From Phoronis australis (taxonomy: Eukaryota > Animalia > Phoronida), in contig NMRA01000029.1 in NCBI GenBank assembly GCA_002633005.1, forward strand, positions 902,086 to 966,085: 64,000 nucleotides of DNA, given 5' to 3'. The notes below the pieces were generated by a model that did not search any database, was not told the DNA's origin, and saw only the letters and a program-made list of their open reading frames with translations. The stretch's first letter is position 1. Each line of letters starts with the position of its first letter. Below, one piece after another: positions 1 through 12,515 of this stretch. The translations under genes and the position numbers were made by a program.

Positions 1-330
1 AACTCATTTTCTTTGTCTGCGTCTTATTATTAGTATAGTAACAATAACACAATAACAATAACAATGCTAATAATATAATATATTATTATCATTGTTGTTG
101 TTACATCTACTAGTACTACTACTACTATCATTATTATCTTTTTTATTATTTCTAATGCTGTTCTTGTTATTGTCACTATTATTTGTTTGTCAGTGTTATC
201 AACAAATTGTCATTCTTAAGAGCTCTCAACAATCACAATATAACAACATAATTATAAAATTGGTTGCAGGCAGTATAACGAACATTATCTTATCCCATAA
301 CATATTCTTATATTTGCAACACTAAAATAA
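1..330. repeat. AT-rich low-complexity trinucleotide tract (AAT/AAC/CTA/TTA)
   Basis: Degenerate runs such as acaataacaataacaat, ctactactacta and ttattat. The Leu-rich ORF 92-325 is a by-product. Confidence 0.7.
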
Positions 331-3300
331 CCTTTTTGATGAATCGTGAATTGATTTTGAAAAAATTCTAAAAACCACTTTGTAATGTAGATTTAAACTG
401 CCATCCAAATACTTATCCGCCGCATGAGAGTACCTCGTCTATAATCGAAAATCCGCCACGCGCCGTACGACCCACCCAATGCCCTTCGACCGCTGCGGGT
501 GGAGTCATGCGGTTTCAAAGGCATAGATACTCGTGTGCCGCGTCTGTATCAGTGTACCAGTTTTGTGGTTTGCAATGAACTGTTAATGGGTGAGTAAATA
601 TCTACTGAATACACACGAGTGATAACCTCAGTTAAAACTCGAGAAAAACATCTACGTCCACAGATGATTTGCTATTGTATTCTTGAAACTTATTTCCAAA
701 ATTGTCAGTCTTTGTCGTTCCAGTATAGAACAAGCAAACATCATTCTAAATCTGTAGAAAAAATTTGTCACTTTGTTTGTGCACGATTATATTTTAAAAG
801 TTATTAGATTTTAATATTTTATTATGAGATTAGTTGATGTATTTTAAACGGTGTGGAAAATGAAACTAATACCGGTTTGAACGTAGAATCATTATATTTA
901 ATTTCTGGGCTAAAACTAAGTAACGCCATTTTAAATTACTAATGTTTTAAGGAAACCTTTCGGGAAATACTCTTTTGTCCAAAGTACGATAAAAGCATAT
1001 AATGCCAAACGTATGCATACATAATTTCAAATGTGAATGTCTGCATAATTCGCTATTTTAAATAAACATGAACAAAAGACGGGTGTTTAGAAATTAAAAA
1101 AATAATTGCGAGCGCAAGACTTGAGTTTTGTCTCTCCATTTTGTCGCCTGATTAGTGATAAACAAAGAGTATGTTAACAAAAATTAGTTACACACTTAAC
1201 GACCTGGGTTTCATGGAGTTTTTCCAAACGCGTATCCTAAAATATCAATAAAATGACTTCGTGTAGATTTAAAACATAAAAACACTGAAACCGAAAGCTC
1301 TTAACTACAGACCCTAGATGATTTCTCCAGGTATGTGTACGTGGTGACCCATCGGCAGGGTACCGAAACAGTTGCACTTATCGACACGTATTCGTTGGAT
1401 ACCGTGTGTTGTATATGTGTTATGACGTTCATTGATACAACACTGCTTGGTAGAAAAAAATGGACTATACGTCACTTGCCCAACACTTTGCTTCTGCCCA
1501 ATTTGCAATGCAATTGCTCGTTGACCCGCACGCGTGCGCACGAATGTGCACATCTAAGGTACGTACGCGCATGACTTCATAGAACACCTGTTAAATGAAG
1601 AACAGTGTGAACGGGAAACCTAGAACATAAAATATTTTGTTTGATTTGTTTATTTTGACGATTAAGCATATTTCTTTCCATTGCTAGTACAAAATTTGTC
1701 AGCAATTGGCTATAAAAATCCATTGGCCAGATGTAGTTATCCGTAGATTTTGTTTGACGAACCGTGGCAATGTTCCCAACATTCAATTGTAAACTTTCAT
1801 GGAAAACACTTTCTTGTCTCTTTACAAAAATCGCTATCTCCATCCCAAAAGTGGCCAGGCACTTGCACTGGGCCGAGGTCCTTAGGTACAACAGGACCCC
1901 CCATAGACAAAGACCAAGTGTTATCGCCCGGCCCACCAAAGACCGCCAATGGGTTATTTAATCCACTGATAGCCCCCACTAGCCATTATAGATAAATTAG
2001 CACTAATTATTCTCAAATTAGATGCAAACAGCTAACAATGTATTATTCCAAAGCATACCTCTGTTTCTGTCCATCTCTGGCTACCACGGATCCACTATCA
2101 CCTTCAATCTGTCGTCTTATCGTTTGGTGATAGACTGCGTCGATCATAACAGCGCAATCCCACAGTGACACCAAGAGAACGAAAGAATTCTTAAGTTTTT
2201 AGCGAACGAGCTCGGCCATGTGGGTTGGTTCTTGTCAAAGCGGCTACAAACGATTTCTTGATTTAGACCACTTACTGTTAAGAGAGTGGTCTCAAGGCTG
2301 TCCTTAGTCAAACCAAAGATTATTTAGGGACTTCGAAAGATCTGACAATTCGTTACGGCTTGTCAAGGCGTGTCATTCTATGCGTCAAGCACGGTACAAC
2401 AAACTGACACTCTACTTCAAACCCAAAAACCTTTTCTCGTCTGAATAAGGAACAAGACCAATTTTATCGCATGGAATGATCTAAGTCAAAAGTTCGTGTC
2501 TTGGACGGAACGCGGGTTTAACCGACCCTCTCAAAAGTTCGCTTTGGTCAGAAATCGCACTGCTGAATGTTGAGAAAGTCGTATTATAGCTGACAAGCGC
2601 TCTTTGTAATCTTCTTTGCGTTTCAGTATTTTGCATGTGTATCTTTGTAATGGTAATAATAGTTAAGTTAACCAGACATTACAATCACTCTTGTGGTGAG
2701 GTAGAATTTACATCAGTCCAAACAAAATACTCTTTATAAGCCCCAGGGCAACTTTTACCAGTGTAGTAAAAACCTATTGAAAAAAAATGTTTAAGTACCA
2801 ATATTGAGTAAGTGATCGATTGAGAGTAGTGTAAATTAACCCAATATACTGCAAAAAAGAGCAATCTCATATTAAGTTGCTCTCACAAGTCGTTTTAATG
2901 TTTATTATTTCCTTAAACGTCGTATTTAAATGCTTATTCTGTTATTTAAGACTATCTTAATGTTTCTGCACTATAACACACCTTACTTTGCTCTTATTTG
3001 CAGAATTATTATTTTTTTAATCTTCCTGTTTCATTTTTGTTATAACATGCGTCATTTACCACAGATCTGTTTTCTCAGAAATCCTGCCGCATCAACCAGT
3101 ATGTACATAATAATTACGTTTTGATATTTTAATAAGTAAATCCCTGAATGTTTTGTCAGGCGTAAAATAGCATAACTTGTTCCGGTCCCGCAACCCATTC
3201 ATTGTCAAACCTGCACCTCACTGTTTAAAGGAAAAAATGATTCCTACCCATTTCAGCTGGCAGTGATGCTGGGAAAAAAGGATCTCATTTCACTTGGCAC

Positions 3301-4905
3301 CAGGTGACTTTCCTTTTTTAAAAATAAGGAAAACTATATAAATACCTCATCACGGTATCAGTTCAAATAACACAGATCAGAACCCGTTATCATGTTTCCT
3401 TCAGCTTCATTCCAAAATCTACCAGGTGATTTGAAATTAGTCGATCAAATACTAACAAACATTCACTAACAGTAGTCTCAAGATTCATCTTTCTTCGTCT
3501 TTAATCATACCGCCTTATTCGTAATACCGAAGTTCAAGTGGCTCTTGTGATTAGCTCAAGTAAACCAGTAATTGCATTACAAAGACTTAAGTTCCACTTG
3601 TAATTAAGACTAGGTACCCGCGTGTAATCAGGCAAAACTTGAAGATTTCTATATTATGTTGCGTAGCAAGATCTCGGCTACCAACAATTATAATTAATCC
3701 ATGCAAAATTACGCAAGATTTTAGCTTATGTTATTTTATTTTTTATTGACAACACCAGGTGATGGGCCTGAGCCCGCTTAGGCATACTACATTACACGTA
3801 TACCTACAAAGTCACCATTGTACAATTTTTACGATAACTTGATTTTTTTTTCGAAATAGGCAATAGTCAGGGTAAAATTTGCTTTATAATTGTACCATTG
3901 GTTTTCTAAAAATGAAAAATCGTCAAACAAAATTAAAATATATATTTAGTAATGTAAAAATCCTAAAGCGTATTACACATCAATCAGGTTAACTAGTGTG
4001 TATCATTAATATTTCACAAGCACTTTTTATAAGTTCTTTTCACAAATAAGACTTTTTATCGTCGAACCAAAATCTGGTAAAAAGAATGAGAAATCTTACA
4101 GTGGATAGAAAACGAAAACAGAGAAGTTACTAAGTTGGATGAAGTGAAAGCTACATGGTATAATTCGTCTGCGGCATGTTTCTGTCATTCTTCCGTTTAT
4201 CAGTTGATCCGGGATCATCCTGTCTGAAACAAATTGATCAACACGTATCGTTGATCCCACACAAATCGCACCAAGTTTACATGTAAACAATCCACTTGAC
4301 AAATCACTCAACATCGTTTAGTCGAATTAGACGCGTTTACCGGTTAACACAGTGTACAAGTAGCGAGTCTTTATAGCTAAGCAAACGTTTTCTGGTGTTT
4401 AACCATACAACGTAAGAAATTATTAGCAAATTACAACTTGAAGTAGGACTTTTAATTGTGTAGTTCTGTCCTTATGTAAGGTGCTGGTAAATATTTCTGA
4501 TTTACTGAATCTAAGTTCATTCTGATTGGTCCACTTTTAGTTTTGGAAATGTTTAGAATACCATATTTTTTATCTGTAATGCGTGCCTATACCCAGAGTT
4601 CACCTTTTTCATAAAGTATTCAACTAAAAGAAACTAAAAGAAAAAAAAATTCCCTGAAACAATTGTCAGAGAAATTTTAGAGTTTTTTACAAAATACACT
4701 TGCATGCTACAGCTACTAAAACGTACAAGTCAACGATATTACTCCTTTGTTAGAATAATTGAACAGCTGAACCATAAATCAGCATTTTAGACATCAAAAA
4801 TTAAAATGCGAAAGCATGACGTCACTTATTTATTAAAAAGTCAAGTCTGTAAATAGTGTAACATCGTCACATAATGTATAACAACAGTTCGCACTCATAG
4901 CGCTG

Positions 4906-5061
4906 CAATGGCGGATCGAGGATGTCGCAACGGGGAAACCACAGTTTCCAAGAGTAAATTACCGCCTAAAACCTAAAAGCAGCGTGGCGACGACGTTTTG
5001 TGGTCGTGTCTGTAGGACGGGGCAGGCCTTCTGCCTGCTTCCCCCCCTAAATCCGCCCATA
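4906..5061. mobile_element. Short non-autonomous DNA transposon (MITE), GGCGGATC...ATCCGCC family
   Basis: Inverted ends caatggcggatcgagg and cccctaaatccgcccat. A second copy of the family is at 11789-11958. Confidence 0.55.
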
Positions 5062-5325
5062 CATTGAGCTCGGCCGGTGTGGTCGCCAGCCTAAAGATAT
5101 CTACTGACAAAAGGCACACTGGCAAAATTTGCAACTCACAATACGAAAACAAGTCCATGCTGTGTCATAATATTAAGCAAGAAATACGGAAATATTTCTA
5201 GTCTTTAAATAATGGACGCAATGGCAAATCAGAAATAAGGGAACTTTGCCAATTCAGCAAAAATAAAATATGCTATTTTTGTACCAGTTTGGGTTTTGGA
5301 CTTATTCTCATTTTCATTTCCTTTT

Positions 5326-5406
5326 GCCGCTGCTGCTACTGCTGTTGCCGCCGCCGCTGCTGTTGCAATCGCTGCTGCGACAATTTTTGCCACCGCCGCT
5401 GTTGTT
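5326..5406. repeat. Degenerate (GCY)n trinucleotide repeat
   Basis: gccgctgctgctactgctgttgccgccgccgctgctgtt...; no in-frame ATG before the upstream TAA at 5236. Confidence 0.7.
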
Positions 5407-6508
5407 TCGTACTTTTAAAAAAATATATAAGTGACATGTGGCTTAATGATTAACTTCGATGGAGAATACGAGTCCAAGACTAGAATGAAATATCACCAAC
5501 CATACCCGTATAGCACAGAGAGTTCCCAGTTTTAGTTTGAAACACAGGTTTACTGTAAAACAGAAAATCACATCCGTATCAGATTAGAAAGTGGTCCAAT
5601 TCGAAACCAGTTTTGTTTTGGGGAAAGATCAAGCCGTCCAAAATATCAGGATTTGAAAAGGAAGCGGTTGTTTTAATTTAAAAATAGTACTTGGAATTTT
5701 AACCAACTGCCTCACAATAAATCTGCGAATAGTTTGATTCAACGGTGTAAATAACTGTGATGCTTCATCGGCTTCACCACAACAGTGACGCAGTTCCAAC
5801 ACATCGATACTGCACTGTTACAAACAGATGCTCACTTCTCAAGTGTGTGAAAATCCATATTTGTCCTCTGATGACGTCACTCCTCTTGTGATGTGAAAGT
5901 CTGTCGCTTTATATTATAATCTACTTAACTTCCCTATTATATTTAACCAAGGATATGGTAATATTTGTTAAAGATTACGCATGTCTATAGGATATCTGTG
6001 CGCGAACTAATCCAGCGAGCTCAGTTTTAATCCCATAAAGTCTTTATTTCTTTCAAACCGGTTAAAATTGTACACTAGAAATTCTCGAACTCGTTGCCTC
6101 CGTAGGTTTTACAAAAAAGGTTCTTCACGAGTAATTGTCGCACCATTTTACCTTGTCTTCGCCTTCCTCCCTTCGAGTCAGACAACCCTGAACTACTATC
6201 TTCCCCTTATCTTCAAATTCTGACATGTCACTAAATTCCACCATCCAATCATGTTCCGCAATCAGAGGTTCTTCCCAAAAGGCACCAGCCAATCATTACC
6301 TATGGGTATTTTGGCCAGGTTCTATAAAAGGTTTACCGTGGACTGTTTGGAAACATTTACCTCTGTTTTCATCAACTGTTTCACTTGTTTGCTCTACGAA
6401 ATTTGCCGTCAAGCAGTGCTGTTTGGGGTAAACTATTGGACTGTTTTGAAAACATCGACGAAATCGAGGAACAACTTTGACAAAATCTTAGAAAGTATAA
6501 CTGGAATC

Positions 6509-7780
6509 ATGCAGCATCCCTGCTACAGCACGCAGTATGCGAACGGTACGTACACTTCCATAGACGGTTATGATTATTTGAACATGCAGAAGTATCCGAC
6601 GACACTGGCAGATTTTGGAGGGACATTTTCATCTCTGTGCGCCGATTCGACAGTCGGGTTCCCTCAAACTCAGGAAGAGCATCAGGTCAACCCAACCGCC
6701 TTCTGTGACACACAAATTCATGTCTCCTTACCAAATTCTAGTACTTCCTATTACAAAGTCCAGATGTCACTTGCACGAAGAGGGCAGGCAAGTGAAACGG
6801 AACCGGAAAACGACAACTGCGATGGCCAGACAGATACCACACCTTCGTTCCTTTCCCCCAACTCTGTCACAAATGAATGCAGCGAAGGATATGAACTTGA
6901 TGTGGTGCCAAACACTTTGGATTGTTCACAGCAACAACAACTGACAATGACGACGAGCAGTCAACTCTCCGCGGAAGACGAATCGTCTGATATCAAACCT
7001 GACAGCTCGCAGCCCAACTCGGAAGACGACCTCAAGGAAGTTGAGGCCAAACTCGCCAACGAAACTGAGAAAACAATAGCTGAAATCAAACCACCACTCT
7101 CATACATAGCACTGATCGGAAAAGCAATCCTGGAATCCACCCAACAAAGACTGAGCTTGGGTTCAATTTACACCTGGATAGAGAAGAACTACCCGTTTTA
7201 TAAAAACAGGGGTCAGGGTTGGAGAAACAGCGTCAGGCACAATCTTTCCCTCAATGACTGTTTTATCAAAGCCGGGCGATGTGAAGACGGCAAGGGTAAT
7301 TATTGGAGTATCCACCCCGCCAACTTGCAGGACTTCATGCGAGGCGATTTTCGCCAGCGACGCCGTTCTCGCCGTCGCGGTCGCAAACGGGACTGCGAGT
7401 ACGGTTTCGGCTCGCCATATACGCCGCCGCCAGCGCCTTATTATGGTAATCCGCCGCACGCGCCAGTAAGTCCAACTTATCATACAGCTTCTTCTCTGAG
7501 CTCTATTTACTCACCCTACAGTGAAGCCGAACGTAGAGCATACAGACTAGACGAGGTTCTTCTCAAGCAAAGTATGAACAACCCGTTCATCAAATGGTAT
7601 AACAATGGCGCCTGCAACACCAGCAGTGACTTTTATTCGCCGAACTCTGCACCGGCTAACTATGACATGTACAATAATAATTATGCCAACACTTGTAGCC
7701 AATGGCAGTCGACGAACTATGACTATAGTAACTCTCAAATGTACTCGTTTTCTCCCTCCTTTTCTAGGTACGTGAAGTAA
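6509..7780 (+). CDS. FoxQ2: Forkhead box transcription factor, FoxQ2 class; intronless, ~423 aa (frame is open from ATG 6251, which would give 509 aa)
   Basis: Forkhead domain at ~7088-7387: KPPLSYIALIGKAILES...WRNSVRHNLSLNDCFIKAGRCEDGKGNYWSIHPANLQDFMRGDFRQRRRSRR. The wing signature GKGNYW.IHPAN..DF.RGDFR.RR is characteristic of FoxQ2. ATG 6509 has A at -3. AATAAA at 8316-8321. Confidence 0.92.
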   Translation: MQHPCYSTQYANGTYTSIDGYDYLNMQKYPTTLADFGGTFSSLCADSTVGFPQTQEEHQVNPTAFCDTQIHVSLPNSSTSYYKVQMSLARRGQASETEPENDNCDGQTDTTPSFLSPNSVTNECSEGYELDVVPNTLDCSQQQQLTMTTSSQLSAEDESSDIKPDSSQPNSEDDLKEVEAKLANETEKTIAEIKPPLSYIALIGKAILESTQQRLSLGSIYTWIEKNYPFYKNRGQGWRNSVRHNLSLNDCFIKAGRCEDGKGNYWSIHPANLQDFMRGDFRQRRRSRRRGRKRDCEYGFGSPYTPPPAPYYGNPPHAPVSPTYHTASSLSSIYSPYSEAERRAYRLDEVLLKQSMNNPFIKWYNNGACNTSSDFYSPNSAPANYDMYNNNYANTCSQWQSTNYDYSNSQMYSFSPSFSRYVK

Positions 7781-9318
7781 GAATTAAGTTAAAAATGTCT
7801 GTGTGTAAAGGGGCATGTAAAGGCCGCTTCTAATGAACGGTAACTAAAGATGCCCGAAAATGTTCACTTAGATTTTGTTCATTTCTGTGAACACGCCATA
7901 TTGTTCAAAATACAAATACATCATTAAACAAATTCCAGGCTGAGGCATCAACAAGGGTCATGTGTGGTGATGTGTGGAAATACGTTTAGAAATGGTAGTC
8001 ATCAAAGTCAAATTATTATACAAGGAATTGATATTTGTCACTTTGTTATTAGGTGTTATTTCACCTAGAATCTTGCTGTTCTGTTGCGTATTAATTATTG
8101 TTGTAACAATTATGTTTACATGATAACAAGTGAAACCTTTTTAGACGTCCGCTAGAAACGTCTTCTTGTTCGTCGCTCAAAATTAAAAACTTGTTCGGCC
8201 GACATTATGTGCAATATCTTAACGTGGATTTGGGCTAGTAGCTTGGAGTAATGGTTGTTAGCGGAGAGGGTTGCGGTTGTATGCGCAGATTTTACAGTAG
8301 CCTGTCGTTCATTGGAATAAATTCCACTAACTAAAATTTAATTATTACGATTTGCAATTGTGTCGTGAAAATTATTGGGAAATATACCACATACTGTTCT
8401 TGGTATTGATTTCTGGAAAACAGCAATTGAACAATCATTTTCAGTTGCTTATCGAGACTTTAATTCAAATTATTTGAAATTTTGGAACCATTCTGATATT
8501 CCAAATTTGCATCGTTATCGTTATGTATTCGCAAATGGATTGGAAAGTTTAAGTAAATGGTGTAAATATTTTCCAGCTACACATGTGTTCTTGTCTAATC
8601 GTCTTGAGGGAGTGCGTTAAATTAAACATGTTCACTACCTGCACAACTTGGTAGCGCTGCAAAAAATGATAGATGTGCATTGCGTTTCAGACACAATGCC
8701 TCGTTTTAGCATTAATTTTATCAACGCAAACGCGAAAGCGCGCGTGTCCCAATCATGCAGAAACATTTGTAGTTTGGACACGGTACCTCGTTTTCAAGCT
8801 TAATGGCGCATTCGTGCAAGTGGTAAATATCTCATTACGGATTTTCTCAGTATTTAGTTTCCAAAAAATGAAAAACGAATTAAGCCACTCAAGGTCATAA
8901 AACCTACCTCAAACTGTTCCTTACAGTGATGGGACTCTACTTCCGTTACCAACAAGAATTTCAAAACCGTCAGTGACCCAAGAAAACGCTGAATTTATTG
9001 CACTTGGCCAACTCTAAAGTTGCGAATTCGAAATTGACAACTATGACTTGAACTGCCGACTCATTTGGCAACAATTCAAAATCTGGCAAGTGCTCCGGTT
9101 AAGAAAACAAAATTGATAGCTAAACATCGGCGAAATGTCACTGTGACTATAAAAGCTCATGTCTTTTTTAAAAAACTTCCCCATAACTTAAACACGCGTT
9201 CTTTTATGTAGATGTTCTTTCTTCCGCTTACTGTTTGAAAAAAAATGAAACATTCCATATAGGTGTGAAATCAATTTCCCCGACATGATAGCCTTTTGCA
9301 AGCTAGGATTTATGAACA

Positions 9319-9400
9319 TTTATTTATTTATTTATTATTGTGATATTTAAAATGAGGGTGGCCTCTTCAGTGATAGCACTGCTTTCCAAGAGGGCCCTCA
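9319..9400 (-). mobile_element. 5'-truncated CR1/L2-like LINE 3' end (terminal hairpin plus (TAAA)n tail)
   Basis: Minus strand gagggccctcttggaaagcag...ctgaagaggccaccctc stem-loop followed by aataaataaataaataaa. Confidence 0.5.
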
Positions 9401-11788
9401 AGATGCAAAGGTCATGAAATGAAATGTCACATGGGCAGCGCTTTACTATTATACATTGATTCAGTATTGGTCCTGATTTCTAATTCACCTACTCACATGT
9501 TTAAAAAACGAGCCTGAAGTCTATTGCTGCTGAAATGACATCGTTTTGCGTTGAACGTGCTTTTTTACGTTGAACGTGCTTGTGTATTACGACGCGGACC
9601 GGAACTATTTTGTATGCGAACAAATAGAGATGGTCAGAGAACATCAAATGTACATGACCTGAGGTAAGTTACAAACAAATAGTGGTATTAGTATGAGAAA
9701 CAGAATTGGAGATATGGGCTTCAGAATCACTTTAACAGACATCTTGACTGTCGTGGATCGCTATCAAATGTGCGTTTTGGATAGTGTAGTGGTTGCTAAT
9801 TCAGAATGGTATTGAAAAGATAGGAAAACACTTTGAAATAGTTGAATGCTGATTATCCAATGAAAATGGACTTTGCTTGACAGCTTTGCCAATAGTAAAT
9901 ATTTCTGGTATGATATTTTTGCCTCGTGTCGGCACAGATAAAGCATTTGGAAATACTACTAAACAATTTTTTTGTATCACGTTGAATCCCAATTGTAAAT
10001 ACAAGACATATTTGCTTCTTTCAATTACTTTTCACTGACACTGATATTATTTTATTAGTTCATTAACAACTTTTACAGTCAAGTTTAATTTGCGGTTTAG
10101 TTATACAGTTAGGTTCCCTGATAACGTAAGTAAGTGTTTTATGTGAAGATATTATAAATTACATCGTATAACACAGCATGGTGAAAAAATGATGATGACG
10201 CCCATGATGAAATAGGTGACGATGATGATGACGTTGAAGATGACAATGACAACGATGGTTTTAAATATAATAATACAAATACTAATTGAAATAATCGCCA
10301 TAGCTAGGATCATTATCGGCATTTAAACACACATTGCCCCTCGTTTTCCCAGTTCATAACACAGAATACGACTCAAAAATTGAAAGGCATTGTGCATTGA
10401 TAAATGGGGACATTTTGCAAACTTACAGCCACGTGTCACCATAAGTATTATCAAATTTTCTACGTACATAAGGAAGAAGTTTAGTGTTAATCAACTGTTG
10501 TGGACGTTTCGTTGGTTCACAGCCAGGAATTAAAAAATGAATTTAAAAGTGTCACTTAGGAATAAGTTTGACTAATTTGGTATTTTTTAAAATATCATTT
10601 CGGGAAATTGTACGCCAAAAGGATGAGGAAGAGGCATCTTGAATTATGTTACTTATCATACATTGGAGCTTTTTCCAAACAAAATTTAATGTTTCAGTCA
10701 ACTACCAGACCGAGGATGATATTTTCATAATGTCAAAACGTCATTTTCGATGCTGCACTCTGCGTTGTTTTTGTTTTCATTTTCTTGCAGACTGGTTAGT
10801 TGTCCCTTTTCTTGCCAGTGTCCCAAAATGTATAGAGAACTATTTTGAAATAGGGGCACCGATAAATGGCTTTACCAGGAACTAATTATGCTTTTCTAGT
10901 TCAAATAATACTATTTTTGCATTGCGTAGACGTTAGAAAACTCCCACAGATGACTTTTCATTGCCGAAAACAAAAAATTTTCTACAAGTTTTGGCCCCTG
11001 ACGCAACCAGTTGTGCAGCTCCGGCGCAGATATTGAGAATTAAACCACGAAGCTGATGTCGAAAGGCGGAAAAATGAATAGGATCTTCTTCTAGGTTTTT
11101 ACATTATAATTTGCGTTCCATGTAAACTAACGATAAAGTAGTTGAATGAGAAGGATTCGTTCTGTGGACCATGAGAAGGGTGTAAGAGAAACAGTTGTGC
11201 TGAATATAAATGATCCAGTCGTCGTTTCGCAGCAAATTGGGGTCAACTGTGGCAACTTTTCGAAATTCTGAAATTCTGTGCCTTGCCAAAAACTGTCAGA
11301 TTCCTTGAATTCGAAAACCACCAGTAGTTCCCAGTAAAGCCATTTCCTGGTATTAATATTTTGGAGTATTCTTGTGACCATTTTTGGGACACCTTGCAGT
11401 TCCTGGACACATCTCGAACTATCAGCAATAGATGTAGTGGGGGCCTGTGATAGAATCAATTTGTTCAAAAAGACACGTGTACATGTAAACTTCAAGCGAC
11501 ATTGAATAAGTAGAGGAACATGTAAACTTGCTTGTAGATTGTGAACCTTACAACAAGATCTAGGAGCAAAAATTGTGTACATTGATATTATAGGGAGAGC
11601 GGCTGACACTTGAAGTTATTCTAGTATTCCCACCTCATTAATCACAATTGTAACCGATTTTGAGGCACGATTGAGAAAGTTATCACTACTGGAATTGTTT
11701 AGTTCAAAAATCGATTGTCTTGCTTACCTAAGGATTTATCAAAAAGTATAAACATTGAAAGTAATGTCTCAACATCTAGTTTCCAAAA

Positions 11789-11958
11789 CAGTGGTGGATC
11801 TAGGATACCATAAGGGGGGGCAAGATGTTGCAAAGCGCGATTGGAAGCAGAGGCGGNCAAATTGGTGCACTCGTTTCTTCACGCTGTTCCTGCTGTTTAT
11901 TTTTTCTTGCACCAGCCAAGGTGGAGGGGGCCCGCCCCCCCTCTAAATCCGCCTAATG
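11789..11958. mobile_element. MITE, same family as 4906-5061
   Basis: Left end cagtggtggatctagg...ggggggg; right end ccccccctctaaatccgcctaatg. Confidence 0.55.
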
Positions 11959-11959
11959 G

Positions 11960-12515
11960 TGTCCGAAAGTGGTAATGGTTGCGTTGGTAACTGTTTGAGG
12001 GGCTGGCAGTGACGGTGGCTAGGCTATTGTTAATGGCATTGGTGGTGGACTAGGCGGTGGTCGTTACGCTGATAGTGATGGTGATTGTCAGACGGTTCTG
12101 TTGAATGCACGTTGACACTGTATGTGACAGCGCGAGTAGTGATGATGATGTGTAGTAATTGCAGTCGTGTTTGTGGTGGTAGGTGTGGCAACGGTGGTGT
12201 TGGAGGACTCCGGATGTATTGGGGGGAGTGACGGTGCCACTAATTATGATGTTTATGTAATTTATGATGGAAGTAATGGCCGTGATGAACTCTGGATACC
12301 AGTTGGAGAAGGCAATGGAGGAATGCTTGTGGCGATGATGGTGACGTCTTTGAGGAACGATGGAGATCATGATGGTGTCTTTTTAAACGATGGTAGTGGC
12401 GGTGTTGGACTCTGTATACAAGTTGCAAAAGGGAATGAAGATAGCGGTATGCTTGCAGTGACGATGGTTTCGTCTCTGGTAGTGGCGATATTGGCGGTGG
12501 TGGCGGCGGTGGTTC
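11960..12515. repeat. Degenerate (GGT/GAT)n low-complexity region with a ~120-bp internal duplication
   Basis: Runs of ggtggt and gatgat. gaactctggataccagttgg...atgcttgtggcgatgatgg recurs as ggactctgtatacaagttgc...atgcttgcagtgacgatgg. Confidence 0.6.

Noticed and set aside
5323-5418. Ala-rich peptide (FAAAATAVAAAAAV…) resembling a type I antifreeze protein
   Set aside because: No in-frame ATG before the upstream stop and no convincing splice acceptor; explained as a GCY microsatellite.
11127-11609. 160-aa minus-strand ORF
   Set aside because: Non-ATG start, no domain and no exon partners; possibly a decayed transposon fragment.
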